This document shows, in pieces, positions 48,011 to 58,300 of a DNA stretch of 64,000 bases. Under the pieces are notes generated by a model. That model ran no database searches, was not told the DNA's origin, and saw only the letters and a program-made list of their open reading frames with translations. Source of the DNA: Candidatus Levybacteria bacterium RIFCSPHIGHO2_01_FULL_36_15b (GTDB lineage Bacteria > Patescibacteriota > Microgenomatia > Levybacterales > UBA12049); NCBI GenBank assembly GCA_001782045.1, contig MFNK01000012.1:21753-85752 (forward strand), written 5' to 3'. The translations under genes were made by a program, and so were the position numbers. Within the stretch, counting starts at the first letter, position 1, and every line of letters begins with the position of its first letter.

Positions 48011-48373
48011 GTGGAGATGTCGGGAAGTGATCCCGAGTCCAAGAAAGTGATTTTAAAAACTTCTACAAGCTTATTTTGTTATTTTTTTGATCGCCTTACT
48101 CTTTGAAAACAAACATCCATAAGTAAGGTCAAGGTTATAAATTCAAAAGAGCTCTAACCAGTTTCTCTTTAGATTTCTCGACTAAGTTTATGCCCAAAAT
48201 GTCTCATCGAGAAAAGACATTAAGGACAGCTCAACTAGTTAAGCAAAAGCAAAACGAGGCTGAGCGAATGAAGAGTTTCCTCTATCATTTATAGTTTTGA
48301 CCTGTTTTACGACTTAGATCATTGTCGGCTTGCAGTTTTTAAAGAACTATCCTGTCGATGCATTTGCATCCCC
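48011..48373 (-). ncRNA. ssrA: tmRNA (transfer-messenger RNA)
   Basis: No ORF in any frame. The minus-strand 5' end GGGGATGCAAATGCATCGACAGG resembles the canonical tmRNA 5' end (GGGGAcG...GATTCGACAGG). The 3' end GGAC-TCGGG-ATCACTT-CCCGA-CATCTCC-A is a tRNA-like T-arm plus acceptor that pairs with the 5' GGGGATG. An internal tag-like reading frame reads ...NDRGNSSFAQPRFAFA-TAA. The gene lies next to smpB. Confidence 0.7.
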
Positions 48374-48412
48374 AGTACCGGCATTCTAGCACTTCGAGGC
48401 AAAAAAGTCAAC

Positions 48413-49105
48413 TTAATCCCTTGCTAAAGTAAGGCCGAACACGACTTTTGCGCCGGCTCGCTTGAGCACATTTGCAGCTTCTTTTAGGGTAGAACCGGTT
48501 GTAACAACATCATCCACAAGAAATATATTTCTGGCTTCCAGTTTCAAGCTTCTATCATCTAACTCGAATGCTTCTTTAATATTTTCTTTCCTCTCTTCTT
48601 TTGTAAGTTTAAACTGGCTTTTTGTATCTTTTAATCTTACAAGCAAGTTTTGAACGGGAATATTTAATTTTTTTGAAAGAGCAATAGATAAAATTTCTGC
48701 CTGATTATATCCTCTTTTACGAAGTTTGGAACCGTATAAAGGAACAGGAGCCATAAGCCATTCGCCATTAGCTATAAGCTTCATGAACTGCTCATTTTGA
48801 ATAATACTTTCTACAAAAAGTTCTGACAAAAAAGTTTTTAAATCTGAAAGATATGGCTTATATTTAAAATTAAAAATTAGCTTTCTTGCGATTTTGTTAT
48901 AAGAAATTGCGCTAAAACAGCCATCTATTGAATACCTACTTTTGCATTTGGGATGAGTAAGACTATTGTAAGTTGGTTTGTCGCAAACCAAACAAAGATT
49001 CTTTACATCAAACGAGATAAATGGAAGACAGTTTGCACAAACATAATCCCCTGATTTTGCACAATTAACACATTTTTTTGGGAAAATTAAATCAATTAAG
49101 TTCAT
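48413..49105 (-). CDS. comF: ComF family protein (phosphoribosyltransferase domain, N-terminal zinc finger)
   Basis: CVNCAKSGDYVCANC zinc finger and the PRTase motif LVDDVVTTGSTL. Confidence 0.75.
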   Translation of the reverse strand: MNLIDLIFPKKCVNCAKSGDYVCANCLPFISFDVKNLCLVCDKPTYNSLTHPKCKSRYSIDGCFSAISYNKIARKLIFNFKYKPYLSDLKTFLSELFVESIIQNEQFMKLIANGEWLMAPVPLYGSKLRKRGYNQAEILSIALSKKLNIPVQNLLVRLKDTKSQFKLTKEERKENIKEAFELDDRSLKLEARNIFLVDDVVTTGSTLKEAANVLKRAGAKVVFGLTLARD

Positions 49106-49146
49106 TGATAAGTTAAATAGTAAATGGTAAATTGTAATTAGTAAAT

Positions 49147-49704
49147 ATGGTCAAGATTTTTATATTCCGCCACGGAGAAACCTACGATAATAAACACCAC
49201 GACTTTTCAGGATGGAGAAATGTAGATTTGGATGAAGCTGGAATCATTGAAGCACAAAAAATAAGAGATGCGCTGCAAAACGAACACGTGTCAAAAGCTT
49301 ATCAATCAGACTTACTACGCTCCCAAAGAACTCTTGAAATTGTTTTAGAAGATCATGAAAGTGTTGATGTGATAACAGACTCACGGATTAAAGAAAGAGA
49401 CTACGGAGATTTAACCTCTATGTCAAAAGACGCTCTTAAACAAAAAGACCCCGAAGATTTTGAGCTTTGGCACAGAAGCTATGAAGTCGCACCTCCAAAT
49501 GGAGAAAGCATTAAAGACGTAGAAAAAAGAGTTTTGGAGTTTCTTAATGATGAAATTCCTAAGTGGAAAGCGGGTGATGTAATTTTTATATCAGCTCATG
49601 CAAATTCAATAAGACCCCTAAGAAGATATTTTGAAAAGATTTCAATTGAAGAGATGTGCAGTTACGAAAATATCCCCGGCAAAATCTACGAATACCAAAT
49701 TTAG
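49147..49704 (+). CDS. Histidine phosphatase superfamily (phosphoglycerate-mutase-like) protein
   Basis: RHGETYDN catalytic motif and a downstream SAHANSIR. Confidence 0.75.
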   Translation: MVKIFIFRHGETYDNKHHDFSGWRNVDLDEAGIIEAQKIRDALQNEHVSKAYQSDLLRSQRTLEIVLEDHESVDVITDSRIKERDYGDLTSMSKDALKQKDPEDFELWHRSYEVAPPNGESIKDVEKRVLEFLNDEIPKWKAGDVIFISAHANSIRPLRRYFEKISIEEMCSYENIPGKIYEYQI

Positions 49705-49792
49705 CGGAGAAGGTGAGATTCGAACTCACGCGAGCTTATTCAGCTCAAGGGTTTAGCAAACCCTCGCAATGGACCATGCTATGCGACTTCTC
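49705..49792 (-). tRNA. tRNA-Ser (anticodon GCU)
   Basis: Manual fold of the reverse complement: GGAGAAG...AGGGT-TTGCTAA-ACCCT, long variable arm, GTGAG-TTCGAAT-CTCAC, CTTCTCC-G. Confidence 0.8.
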
Positions 49793-49833
49793 CTTGAAAG
49801 TATTATAATTCAGTAGGAAGCTAAAATCCAGTT

Positions 49834-50547
49834 ATGGAAAATCACCCGGAACCCAAATATCATATTCAAAGCCACGAATCAAAACTTAATTGGTTAAGAG
49901 CTGCCGTTTTAGGCGCAAATGACGGTATTGTCTCAATTGCAGGCTTAGTTGTTGGAGTAGCAGGCGCAACTCAATCATCTGTGGTAATTTTAACCGCCGG
50001 AATTGCAGGAATTATTGCAGGTGCAATATCAATGGCAGCCGGTGAATATGTTTCCGTATCAAGCTCAAAAGACACAGAAAAGGCTTTGCTTGTTAAAGAA
50101 CGCTTTGAACTTGAACATTATCCAAAAGAGGAAATGGAAGAATTAAAAAATATTTATAAACACAAAGGGCTGTCGGAAAATACCGCAGCACAAGTTGCAA
50201 AAGAGCTGACAGAAAAAGATCCGATGGCTGCACACTTTGATGCCGAACTTAGAATTGATCCTGACAATTTGATAAACCCATGGCATGCTGCAATAGCCTC
50301 TGCTGCTTCTTTTTTCCTGGGCTCTATGATTCCGCTTTTTGCAATCGCCTTACCTCCGCAGGAATTAAGAGTTCAAGTTGCATTTGTTTCTGTAATATTT
50401 GCTCTATTTTTAACAGGGACTTTAAGTGCAAAAATTGGAGGGGCAAGTATAACAAGAGCAGTTTTAAGAGTGGTAACAGGTGGAATTTTGGCTATGGCCG
50501 TAACTTATGCAATAGGAAGAGCCTTCGGTGTATCTGGAATTATTTAG
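49834..50547 (+). CDS. VIT1/CCC1-family (DUF125) membrane transporter
   Basis: LRAAVLGANDGIVSIAGLVVGVAGA...GEYVSVSS is typical of the VIT family. Confidence 0.7.
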   Translation: MENHPEPKYHIQSHESKLNWLRAAVLGANDGIVSIAGLVVGVAGATQSSVVILTAGIAGIIAGAISMAAGEYVSVSSSKDTEKALLVKERFELEHYPKEEMEELKNIYKHKGLSENTAAQVAKELTEKDPMAAHFDAELRIDPDNLINPWHAAIASAASFFLGSMIPLFAIALPPQELRVQVAFVSVIFALFLTGTLSAKIGGASITRAVLRVVTGGILAMAVTYAIGRAFGVSGII

Positions 50548-50600
50548 TACTTCCCGCTTATCTTTGGAAATACTCATTTTTGAGTTATAATATCAACCAA

Positions 50601-50688
50601 GGAGAGGTCGCATAGTTGGTCTAGTGCGTTCGCTTGGAAAGCGGATATTGTCGTAAGGCAATCGCGGGTTCGAATCCCGCCCTCTCCG
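50601..50688 (+). tRNA. tRNA-Ser (anticodon GGA)
   Basis: GGAGAGG-TC...anticodon loop TTGGAAA, long variable arm, GCGGG-TTCGAAT-CCCGC, CCTCTCC-G. Confidence 0.8.
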
Positions 50689-50689
50689 C

Positions 50690-51121
50690 ATGAGATATGA
50701 GTTTTCCGCAGGTGGCGTAGTCTACAAAAAAGTCCGTTCGACAAGCTCAGGATTTAAATATCTTATTCTTATTGGGCAACACTCTGGCCACAAAGGATGG
50801 GTTTTTCCAAAAGGCCTTATAGGAGACCACAAAAAGAAAGAGGGAAAAGAAGATACTGCAATAAGGGAAGTTAAAGAAGAAACAGGAGTTGAAGCAAATA
50901 TAGAAAAAGCATTAACGCCTATTACCTATTGGTACGTTTGGGAAGAGGAAAAAAGAAGGAAAACAGTTTACTATTTTATAATGAAGGCAACGGGCGGAAA
51001 AATAGAAAATCATGACTGGGAAATGAGCGATGTTAAATGGGTAAACGTTGAAAAAGTCGAAGACACACTAACTTATCCCTCCGATAAAAAAGTCTGGGAA
51101 GAAGCCCGAAAACTGCTATAA
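50690..51121 (+). CDS. NUDIX hydrolase
   Basis: Nudix box GDHKKKEGKEDTAIREVKEETGV. Confidence 0.8.
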   Translation: MRYEFSAGGVVYKKVRSTSSGFKYLILIGQHSGHKGWVFPKGLIGDHKKKEGKEDTAIREVKEETGVEANIEKALTPITYWYVWEEEKRRKTVYYFIMKATGGKIENHDWEMSDVKWVNVEKVEDTLTYPSDKKVWEEARKLL

Positions 51122-51130
51122 TAAGCACGA

Positions 51131-51214
51131 GGAAGGTTGGCCGAGCGGTTCATGGCGCTGGTTTTGAAAACCAGTGAGCGAAAGCTCTCAGAGGTTCGAA
51201 TCCTCTACCTTCCG
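51131..51214 (+). tRNA. tRNA-Ser (anticodon UGA)
   Basis: GGAAGGT...CTGGT-TTTGAAA-ACCAG, long variable arm, AGAGG-TTCGAAT-CCTCT, ACCTTCC-G. Confidence 0.8.
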
Positions 51215-51257
51215 CAGGTTTCTTGACTTATTCTTCAATCTCTCTTAAAGTTAAGTT

Positions 51258-51776
51258 ATGCCCGAACACCATAAAACTCATAACGTTAACGATGTAAAAA
51301 CACTTTTCGAATGGAAATCCCCCGGTCGGCCATTTAAGAAAAGGGGGAAACAATATTATCTAACTGCACTTTTAATTATGCTTTTTGTAGAGGTAATTCT
51401 TTTTCTTTTTTCCCAGTATCTTTTAATGGTGGTAGTTGTAGCTTTGGTTTTTGTCGCTTTTGCGCTTGCTTATGTTCCCCCAAAAAATTTCTATTATAAA
51501 ATTTCATCAGAGGGAGTAATGGTAGAAGATAGATTTTTCTTATGGAAAGAGCTTTATGATTTTTATTTTAGAGAAAGTGAAAATCTGGAAACTTTGCATA
51601 TAAGAACCGAGTCTTTTATTCCCGGAGAGCTGATTTTAACTTTTCATGAAAGCGACAAAGATAAAATTAAGCAAGCACTTCTTCCATATCTTGAATTTAG
51701 GGAATATATTAAACCGACCTTTGTAGACAAAGCAGCAAACTGGTTAACTAAAAACTTCCCTCTTGAGAATAAGTAA
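51258..51776 (+). CDS. Hypothetical membrane protein (2 TM)
   Basis: 172-aa ORF with the hydrophobic pair LTALLIMLFVEVILFLF / LLMVVVVALVFVAFALAYV. Confidence 0.4.
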   Translation: MPEHHKTHNVNDVKTLFEWKSPGRPFKKRGKQYYLTALLIMLFVEVILFLFSQYLLMVVVVALVFVAFALAYVPPKNFYYKISSEGVMVEDRFFLWKELYDFYFRESENLETLHIRTESFIPGELILTFHESDKDKIKQALLPYLEFREYIKPTFVDKAANWLTKNFPLENK

Positions 51777-51809
51777 ATTTGGCCTCAATTTGCTATAATT
51801 ACTCAGCGA

Positions 51810-51882
51810 GTGCCCGTAGTTCAATGGATAGAACGCCCGGTTGCGGACCAGGTGGTTGGAGGTTCGATTCCTCTCGGGCACG
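51810..51882 (+). tRNA. tRNA-Arg (anticodon read as GCG; tentative)
   Basis: GTGCCCG-TA-GTTC-AATGGATA-GAAC-G-CCCGG-TTGCGGA-CCAGG-TGGTT-GGAGG-TTCGATT-CCTCT-CGGGCAC-G. One mismatch in the anticodon stem. Confidence 0.6.
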
Positions 51883-51886
51883 CAAA

Positions 51887-51971
51887 GGAGGGTTCGCATA
51901 GCGGCCAATTGCACGAGTTTCGAAAACTCGAGGGAGCAATCCCTGCGCAGGTTCAAATCCTGCACCCTCCG
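51887..51971 (+). tRNA. tRNA-Ser (anticodon CGA), CCA encoded
   Basis: GGAGGGT...CGAGT-TTCGAAA-ACTCG, long variable arm, GCAGG-TTCAAAT-CCTGC, ACCCTCC-G-CCA. Confidence 0.8.
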
Positions 51972-52015
51972 CCACAATTCTTGACTTCTTAGAAATTTAA
52001 GGTATTATTCTTTCA

Positions 52016-53422
52016 ATGGAAAAAGAAGGGAGACGAAGCCACAAAAAACTCAGAGGAATTTCTGCCACAATAGCTTCTCTTCTTGTTGCCGCCTGTGCGC
52101 CTTCTGGCGGAAGTATTCCACGGCCATCAGGCGAAGTTTTGGGAACCTCAGATCAAAATACAATTGAAATGGGATGGCCAATAGACAGAACAAAACCCCA
52201 AAGGCTAAATGGAGCCGCTCATAATTATAATAAAGCTCCACAGATAGATATGACAGCTTTTCCGGACATAATAAGAAACGAGCTGGATCTAAGCAATCTA
52301 AATCCTGTAAGTTGTATAGATAATCCAAATGCAACAATGGATTTTGACACCATTGCATCAAGAAGTGGTACGGTAGTTTCAGTTGGAGGAGATTTTAGTA
52401 TTATTAAAATAAAAGACGATCTAGGCTTTTTTGAACAATATACTCACTTAGACGGTATAGGTGTTGAAAAGAATAAACACGTAGATCAAGGCGACGTAAT
52501 CGCACGAAAACTCAAATGTACTCCAAATGACACAGGGCTTCATATGGACTTTGCGGTTTCAGATGCAACCGGAACGGGAGTAGATATGGAAAGAGTTGTA
52601 TTTGTTGACGCTTTAGGAGGAAGGACAAGAAATACTAAAGCTCCAACAAATTATGATGGAACAATGATTCTGCCCGACAATACAATTGTTACGGCGGACA
52701 AAAGGGTTTGTCAGACAAGTGCAGATTGCAAAGGAATAATAAATATCATTCCTCCTTTAAGTGGTACTGCAATAGAAACCCAAGCGCCGGAAACGACCGA
52801 AGAATTGATGGACATATATCTCAAGCCTGAAAATTTTAGTGATATTAATCAGCAATTTATGGTTAGAGGTTTTAGATTTTGGCTGGAAACATATACGGCT
52901 AAAAAGGGGGAAACAGAGTTAGCAGAGCCTGACCCAGACTATGATTATAAAGGTAGTTACGTTCAGATTGAAACTAACGCAGATGAATGGATCAAAGATG
53001 CATCTAGAGTTTTATCGGCACCTCTTCTGCAACCAGACGGTTGGGGAATCACAACTGCAGAAGATATAGATACTGTCTTCAAAGCTCACTGTACATGGAG
53101 TGGGCAAGAGGAAAAAGAAACATGGGTAGAGATGAAGGGATTCCAACCTCGAACCTGGGCTATTACTGATTTTACAGCTGCTCAAATAGAAAATGGTTTG
53201 GAAAGACTACAATCTTTCCACTTTACCGCCATATATAGATTTAGGGAAAACGATGAAGAGTGGTCTGAGTGGAAAGAATACGAAGGCGAATATAGGCCTT
53301 ACCAATGGAGAATAAAAAACGGAGAGTTAATCATGGAAACATCAGATAACGACAGCCAAATGGGACTATCCCACCCACAAAACGAATATAATGACCCCGC
53401 CAAAGAAGAACCATTCTGCTAA
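52016..53422 (+). CDS. Lipoprotein with degenerate LytM/peptidase-M23-like domain
   Basis: Lipobox LLVAAC. YTHLDGIGVEKNKHVDQGDVIARK...TGLHMDFAV matches the M23 architecture, but HLH is replaced by HMD. Confidence 0.45.
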   Translation: MEKEGRRSHKKLRGISATIASLLVAACAPSGGSIPRPSGEVLGTSDQNTIEMGWPIDRTKPQRLNGAAHNYNKAPQIDMTAFPDIIRNELDLSNLNPVSCIDNPNATMDFDTIASRSGTVVSVGGDFSIIKIKDDLGFFEQYTHLDGIGVEKNKHVDQGDVIARKLKCTPNDTGLHMDFAVSDATGTGVDMERVVFVDALGGRTRNTKAPTNYDGTMILPDNTIVTADKRVCQTSADCKGIINIIPPLSGTAIETQAPETTEELMDIYLKPENFSDINQQFMVRGFRFWLETYTAKKGETELAEPDPDYDYKGSYVQIETNADEWIKDASRVLSAPLLQPDGWGITTAEDIDTVFKAHCTWSGQEEKETWVEMKGFQPRTWAITDFTAAQIENGLERLQSFHFTAIYRFRENDEEWSEWKEYEGEYRPYQWRIKNGELIMETSDNDSQMGLSHPQNEYNDPAKEEPFC

Positions 53423-53481
53423 ACCCTGTAAAATAATTTGCTCACAAATTGCCTTAAGCATTTAACAGGGTAAACTTGACA
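53423..53481 (+). promoter_or_regulatory. Palindromic operator-like element (ACCCTGTAAAAT-N25-ATTTAACAGGGT) followed by TTGACA, upstream of the VirB6-like gene
   Basis: Arms at 53423-53434 and 53460-53471, with TTGACA at 53476-53481. Same architecture and orientation (relative to the downstream operon) as 27441-27501. Confidence 0.5.
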
Positions 53482-53512
53482 GGAGACTGAATTTATCTCA
53501 AACTGATACTAG

Positions 53513-55303
53513 ATGAGAAAAATCCTGTCCGCCTTATTGCTTGTCTTCTCTTTATTTTTGCTTTTATCGGTTAAGCCCTCTTTTGCCCAGTATCAGCAAA
53601 ATTATACAGCTCCAAATGTAAACTCCGATGTTGTCCAAAACCAGCATACTTGGGTGCAAAGCATAATGCTTGAATCTATGTCTGCACTTTCCTGCCAATT
53701 AACCGGGGTGGATCCATTAAGTGCAAATAATAAATGCTTGGGATTCGATACCAAAACAGGAAAATTAGGATACGTTGATGGAAACGGCGGGCTTGTTGGT
53801 TTTGCAAGCAGCGCTATTGGACAACTGTATATCATGCCTGTTCATACTGCAGATTATGTAAGACATTTGGCAGGAAACTTCGGTTTTGCAAAAAATAGTT
53901 ATGCTGCTAATGCAGATTTGGGATTCGATAGTTTAACACCATTGCAACCTTTATGGTCAACGTTTAGAAATTTTGTTTACGCCGCGTTTATTGTTATTTT
54001 CCTTATTCTTGGCGTTGCGATAATGTTTAGGGTAAAAATTGACCCTAGAACTGTAATGACTCTGCAAAATCAAATACCAAGAATCATTATTGGTATAATT
54101 TTAGTTACCTTCTCTCTTGCAATAGCAGGACTTCTAATAGATTTAATGTATGTATCTTGTTATCTTGCAGTTAATATATTTATGCAAGCCGAGCCGGGGC
54201 TTTTCAAAGAAACCGCTGGAACAATTGTCGGTTCAACCAATCCGTTCGATGGGTTATATAATACTTTAAGCTCAACGTATGCCTTACCAGATATCACACA
54301 AAATGCAGCGGGAACCATAGGAGGACATCTGGGAGATTTGTTTGATAATGTAATGGGTAGAGGCATCGTGGGCTTGCTCGGTGGGATATTTGGAATAATA
54401 ATTGGTGGAACAGTAGGAAATTTGCAAGTTTTTGGTACAGGGGGCGCCGGAATTGGCGCTCTTATTGGTGGGGCTGCAGGATCTATATTTGGAGCAGCAT
54501 TCGCGCCCCAAGTAATGGGAACGGTAATTTCTATGATAGCTTTTCTTGTAATTGCAGTTGCAGTCATTGCTTCTTTGTTTAGGCTCTGGTTTCAACTTAT
54601 ATTAGCCTACATAGGAATATTAATAGATATCGTCTTTGCTCCATTTTGGATTGTCGCGGGACTTATTCCGGGAAGTAAAATTAACTTTAGTTCGTGGATA
54701 AGAAATTTAGCAGCAAACCTTGCAGCATTTCCGGCTGTACTTATTTTATTTATGCTGGCAAAAATATTTATTTATGAATTCGGCAAGGGTGACTCAGCTA
54801 CATATTTTACGCCCCCTCTAATTGGAAATCCTGCAAATTCAATCCAGTTGGGATCAATTATTGCCTTGGGTCTTATTCTTATTTCACCTTCTGTTGTTAA
54901 AATGATGAAAACAGTTTTCGGCGCACCGCAAGCTGGTTTTGGACCAGTGTTTGAAGGTTTAACTACTGGATTTGGAATTATCGCAACGCCTACCAGAAAA
55001 CTTACGGGGTCGTTATTTGGCAAAAATCCATATACGGGTGCCCCTAGGGCTGGAAGTCGAATTCTGGGTACGTTTATGCGAACTAAAGTTGGAGGCGCAG
55101 CGGGAGCATGGGCACAATTACTTACTGGTGGAGGAAGACAAGGTGCAGGACATTTAACGCCACAGAGACTTAGAAATTGGAGGACTGCAAGAAGAAACAG
55201 GGGTGGAGCCGCAAATCAACAACCACCTGCTCCTCAAAATAATATACCTGATAATACCGCGACCATCCAGGGTCAGGACGACACCGAGGGAACAACTAGC
55301 TAG
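53513..55303 (+). CDS. VirB6/TrbL-like polytopic membrane protein with Gly-rich helices
   Basis: Signal peptide, then at least seven hydrophobic helices rich in G/A/I (GIVGLLGGIFGIIIGGTVG...), and a hydrophilic Q/P-rich tail. Confidence 0.55.
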   Translation: MRKILSALLLVFSLFLLLSVKPSFAQYQQNYTAPNVNSDVVQNQHTWVQSIMLESMSALSCQLTGVDPLSANNKCLGFDTKTGKLGYVDGNGGLVGFASSAIGQLYIMPVHTADYVRHLAGNFGFAKNSYAANADLGFDSLTPLQPLWSTFRNFVYAAFIVIFLILGVAIMFRVKIDPRTVMTLQNQIPRIIIGIILVTFSLAIAGLLIDLMYVSCYLAVNIFMQAEPGLFKETAGTIVGSTNPFDGLYNTLSSTYALPDITQNAAGTIGGHLGDLFDNVMGRGIVGLLGGIFGIIIGGTVGNLQVFGTGGAGIGALIGGAAGSIFGAAFAPQVMGTVISMIAFLVIAVAVIASLFRLWFQLILAYIGILIDIVFAPFWIVAGLIPGSKINFSSWIRNLAANLAAFPAVLILFMLAKIFIYEFGKGDSATYFTPPLIGNPANSIQLGSIIALGLILISPSVVKMMKTVFGAPQAGFGPVFEGLTTGFGIIATPTRKLTGSLFGKNPYTGAPRAGSRILGTFMRTKVGGAAGAWAQLLTGGGRQGAGHLTPQRLRNWRTARRNRGGAANQQPPAPQNNIPDNTATIQGQDDTEGTTS

Positions 55304-58300
55304 GCTTTAATAGTATATTGCATTGTTCTTGCTAAAATTTCTAATAAACTAGACAAAGCAGGTCCACCCATTTCTACACCTAGATCCTCAACCAACAATT
55401 TCCAGGGTTTACTATCGGAATTGTTTCTCATTAGTTTAATAAGGTCTTCATCAAAAAACCTCATAGGTTTGCCATCTGGTCCTAGTCTTACCCTTGTTCG
55501 TCCTGGATGATCTGGATCTGGTTCTAATTCCTCCATATGATTAAGTAGCGAGAAAAATGCCTCTGTTCTTACATATCCCCATTTTGCACCTGGTCCTCCA
55601 AAATGCCTGTGATGTCGCAGTTCTGCAGCAACATTTAAAGCTATTCCAAACTTAACCATGTCCATTCTTCCTGAAACTATTTCCCCTGAATCAATTTGCA
55701 CTGCGCCGTCCAAGTATTTTTTTTGCTTGTCTGTTAGGTTTCTAAAATCCATTTCTTCGCCGTTGTGTTCTTTTGCCCATTTTTCCTTAACCAGATTTAT
55801 AACTTCCGGCCCGTAAGAAGCTTCTGCCAAAGTCACGTCTTCGTATACCGGAACTGCATCATTTGCAAGATTATTAGTAGCAACAACGTCTAATCTTCTC
55901 ACCTTGCTTGAGAACTTCATTCCTCCGTTTGTATTACCAAAATATCTTGCAGGCTTAATAAAACCATCATTAAAGTTCTCTTCAACGTATCCTAAATCAA
56001 CTAATGCACCTTGAATTGCGTCATAAGTTACCATTTTGTTTATATCCAATCTCTCTCCTCCTGTTTGTGCATGGAAAATCTGGAACCCTCTCATCTTTAC
56101 ATTTCCTGCGATATCTCTTTCGGCATTTTGGTTAAATTTAAGCTTCTCAATCCATTCTTTTATCTCATCTTTTCGCCTGTCTTCTAGTAATTTTGACTTG
56201 TCTTCATTTGATAAGCTTTTTATTTCCTCTTGTTTTATTCTGCCGCTTCCAAGATATCTATCAAGAAGCCACTCATGGGGAATGTTTTCAACTCCTCTTA
56301 TTTCATTGAAAATTTCCATCGGACTCATTTTCCCCTCTGTTTTTAATGCCGACCACATATCAGGTATTATATTTCTGTAAATTCCAATTGCTTCTCTAAC
56401 TCCAGTTGGCCCTGCTCTAACAGCTTCAGATTGCCTTATTGAATAATCCTCTAGGTTTCCTTTTGTCGATGCGTCATACCCTCTTCTATTTACGTCGTTT
56501 CTTGCTCCTCCTCCATATGCCCTTTGAAAATGCTCACCTATGTTTTCTGCGAAGGATATATTAACCCGTTCAGCGTAACGTTCGATATCAAGCAGTTTTC
56601 TGTTAGCAGCTGAGGTAGCTTGCTCTTCGGTTCTGCCCAGCGACAATTGTGCTCGTACAATACTTTCCCATTCTTTTCTTTTCTCGCTTTTAGCAGTTTC
56701 TGTTCTTGCTATTCCGGGATTTAATCCGTATTTTTCAGCTGCTTTTAGCCGAACCAGTTCCTTAGCAAGTTCAAACATACTCTGCGGGGCATTAGCATAA
56801 TTGTAAAAATTCATTACTTTTGCAAAATTTTTAACATTAAATTTATCTCCTTCAAAAAGACTATATTTAATTCCCGAATAAGGGTCTGTACAGTAAAACT
56901 CATCTGAGTTAGCTGAATCGAAATACCCTTCAAAGCTATCGATATCTTCCCAGTCTTTCTTTTTTTGAATAATTCTTATAGCATCTCTAAAATCATCTTT
57001 TGTAAACATAAATCCGCTTTGCTCCTTAGGTAAATCTTTTAAGCGAGATTGAAATGTTTCTTGATTAATCCTGCCTTCCCTAAGATCTGCTTCAAGCTGT
57101 GCTTTTCCTTTTTGAATTTCACTCCCTCTGACAATTTCAGTCAATTTTTCCCAGTCCGAAAGATTGTAATAAAATTCATTAGCAAACATTACAGCTCTTC
57201 CCTCGTTTATTTCTCCACTGCCAAACTCACCCGACATTTTTAATATATCTCTTAAGTTGGTACTTCTTGTAATATCGCTTCTTGAATGAATCTGGCCTAC
57301 AACTTCCGGTAGTTTTTTATCCTCATTCATGGTCTGTCTATAAACAAGGTCCGAATTTCTAACAACTCCAAATAGCCAAGTATCATATAACAGAGCGTTT
57401 GCTAAATCTTCCATTATTTCCCCTGTTTTTTCGTCCCTAAAATATCTCTGCTTATTTATAAGTGTCATTTCTATTAGCGAGACATCCCTAAAGCCGGTGT
57501 TAATATGAATTGAGCCTAGAGGACTTATTTGGTCATTCGGATTGCTAAGATGTAATAACACTGATTGTTCTCTTCCCCATTTAAGCAAGTTCTCCGGATG
57601 AAATTTTCCTTCTCTGTCGATAAGAGGAAAAACCCCATCCACCCCCCAATACTCAGCATTTTGAGAAGTGACTAAATATCTAGATAGCTCCTGAACTGAA
57701 TTTACGGGGTTGTATTGGTCGGGATTTTTTGGAGTCTGGTATTCTAGGAAACGTTTAGTTACTGAATTTACTATTTCTGCCAATCTTTCTTTTTTTTGTT
57801 CGGCTGTTAAATTTGTGGCATCCCTTATTGATTCTATGTTTAGTCTAGCTCTTCTTATTTCGTCCATATTTCCACCTGAGGAAGCAGCCACCATGTTTAT
57901 CAGCGTTCCATTTGCATAGAGAAACTCATCAAAAACGGCGTTAGAAGCATCATCGGAGGCGCCAAAGGTTTCTACTATGTTTATGAGTCTCCCTCTTTCA
58001 ATTTCCATATCAGCTTCGAAGCCGGATACCATTTCTTCTATCATTTCCTCTCTTGTTCGTGCCGCTGTTTCTTTATCCGCCAGTTCTTCCATGAGGCCTC
58101 TCATTTGGCTTGCAATAATTTTATCTTTATCCTTGAAAACGCTTTCCATATCTTGAAGTATTAAAATAAGTTGTGCTTTTTGTTCAGATTTATCAAGCTT
58201 GAGGACATTTACTAGTTTTTCTCGATACTTTGCTTTTTCTTCTCTAGATAATTCTTTTACTGTATTTCGAATGTCTTTAATTATTTCTGGCAGCTCCATT

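Noticed and set aside
51744-51992. ORFs 51810..51992 (+) and 51744..51977 (-)
   Set aside because: They overlap two well-folded tRNA genes (Arg and Ser-CGA). No coding support.
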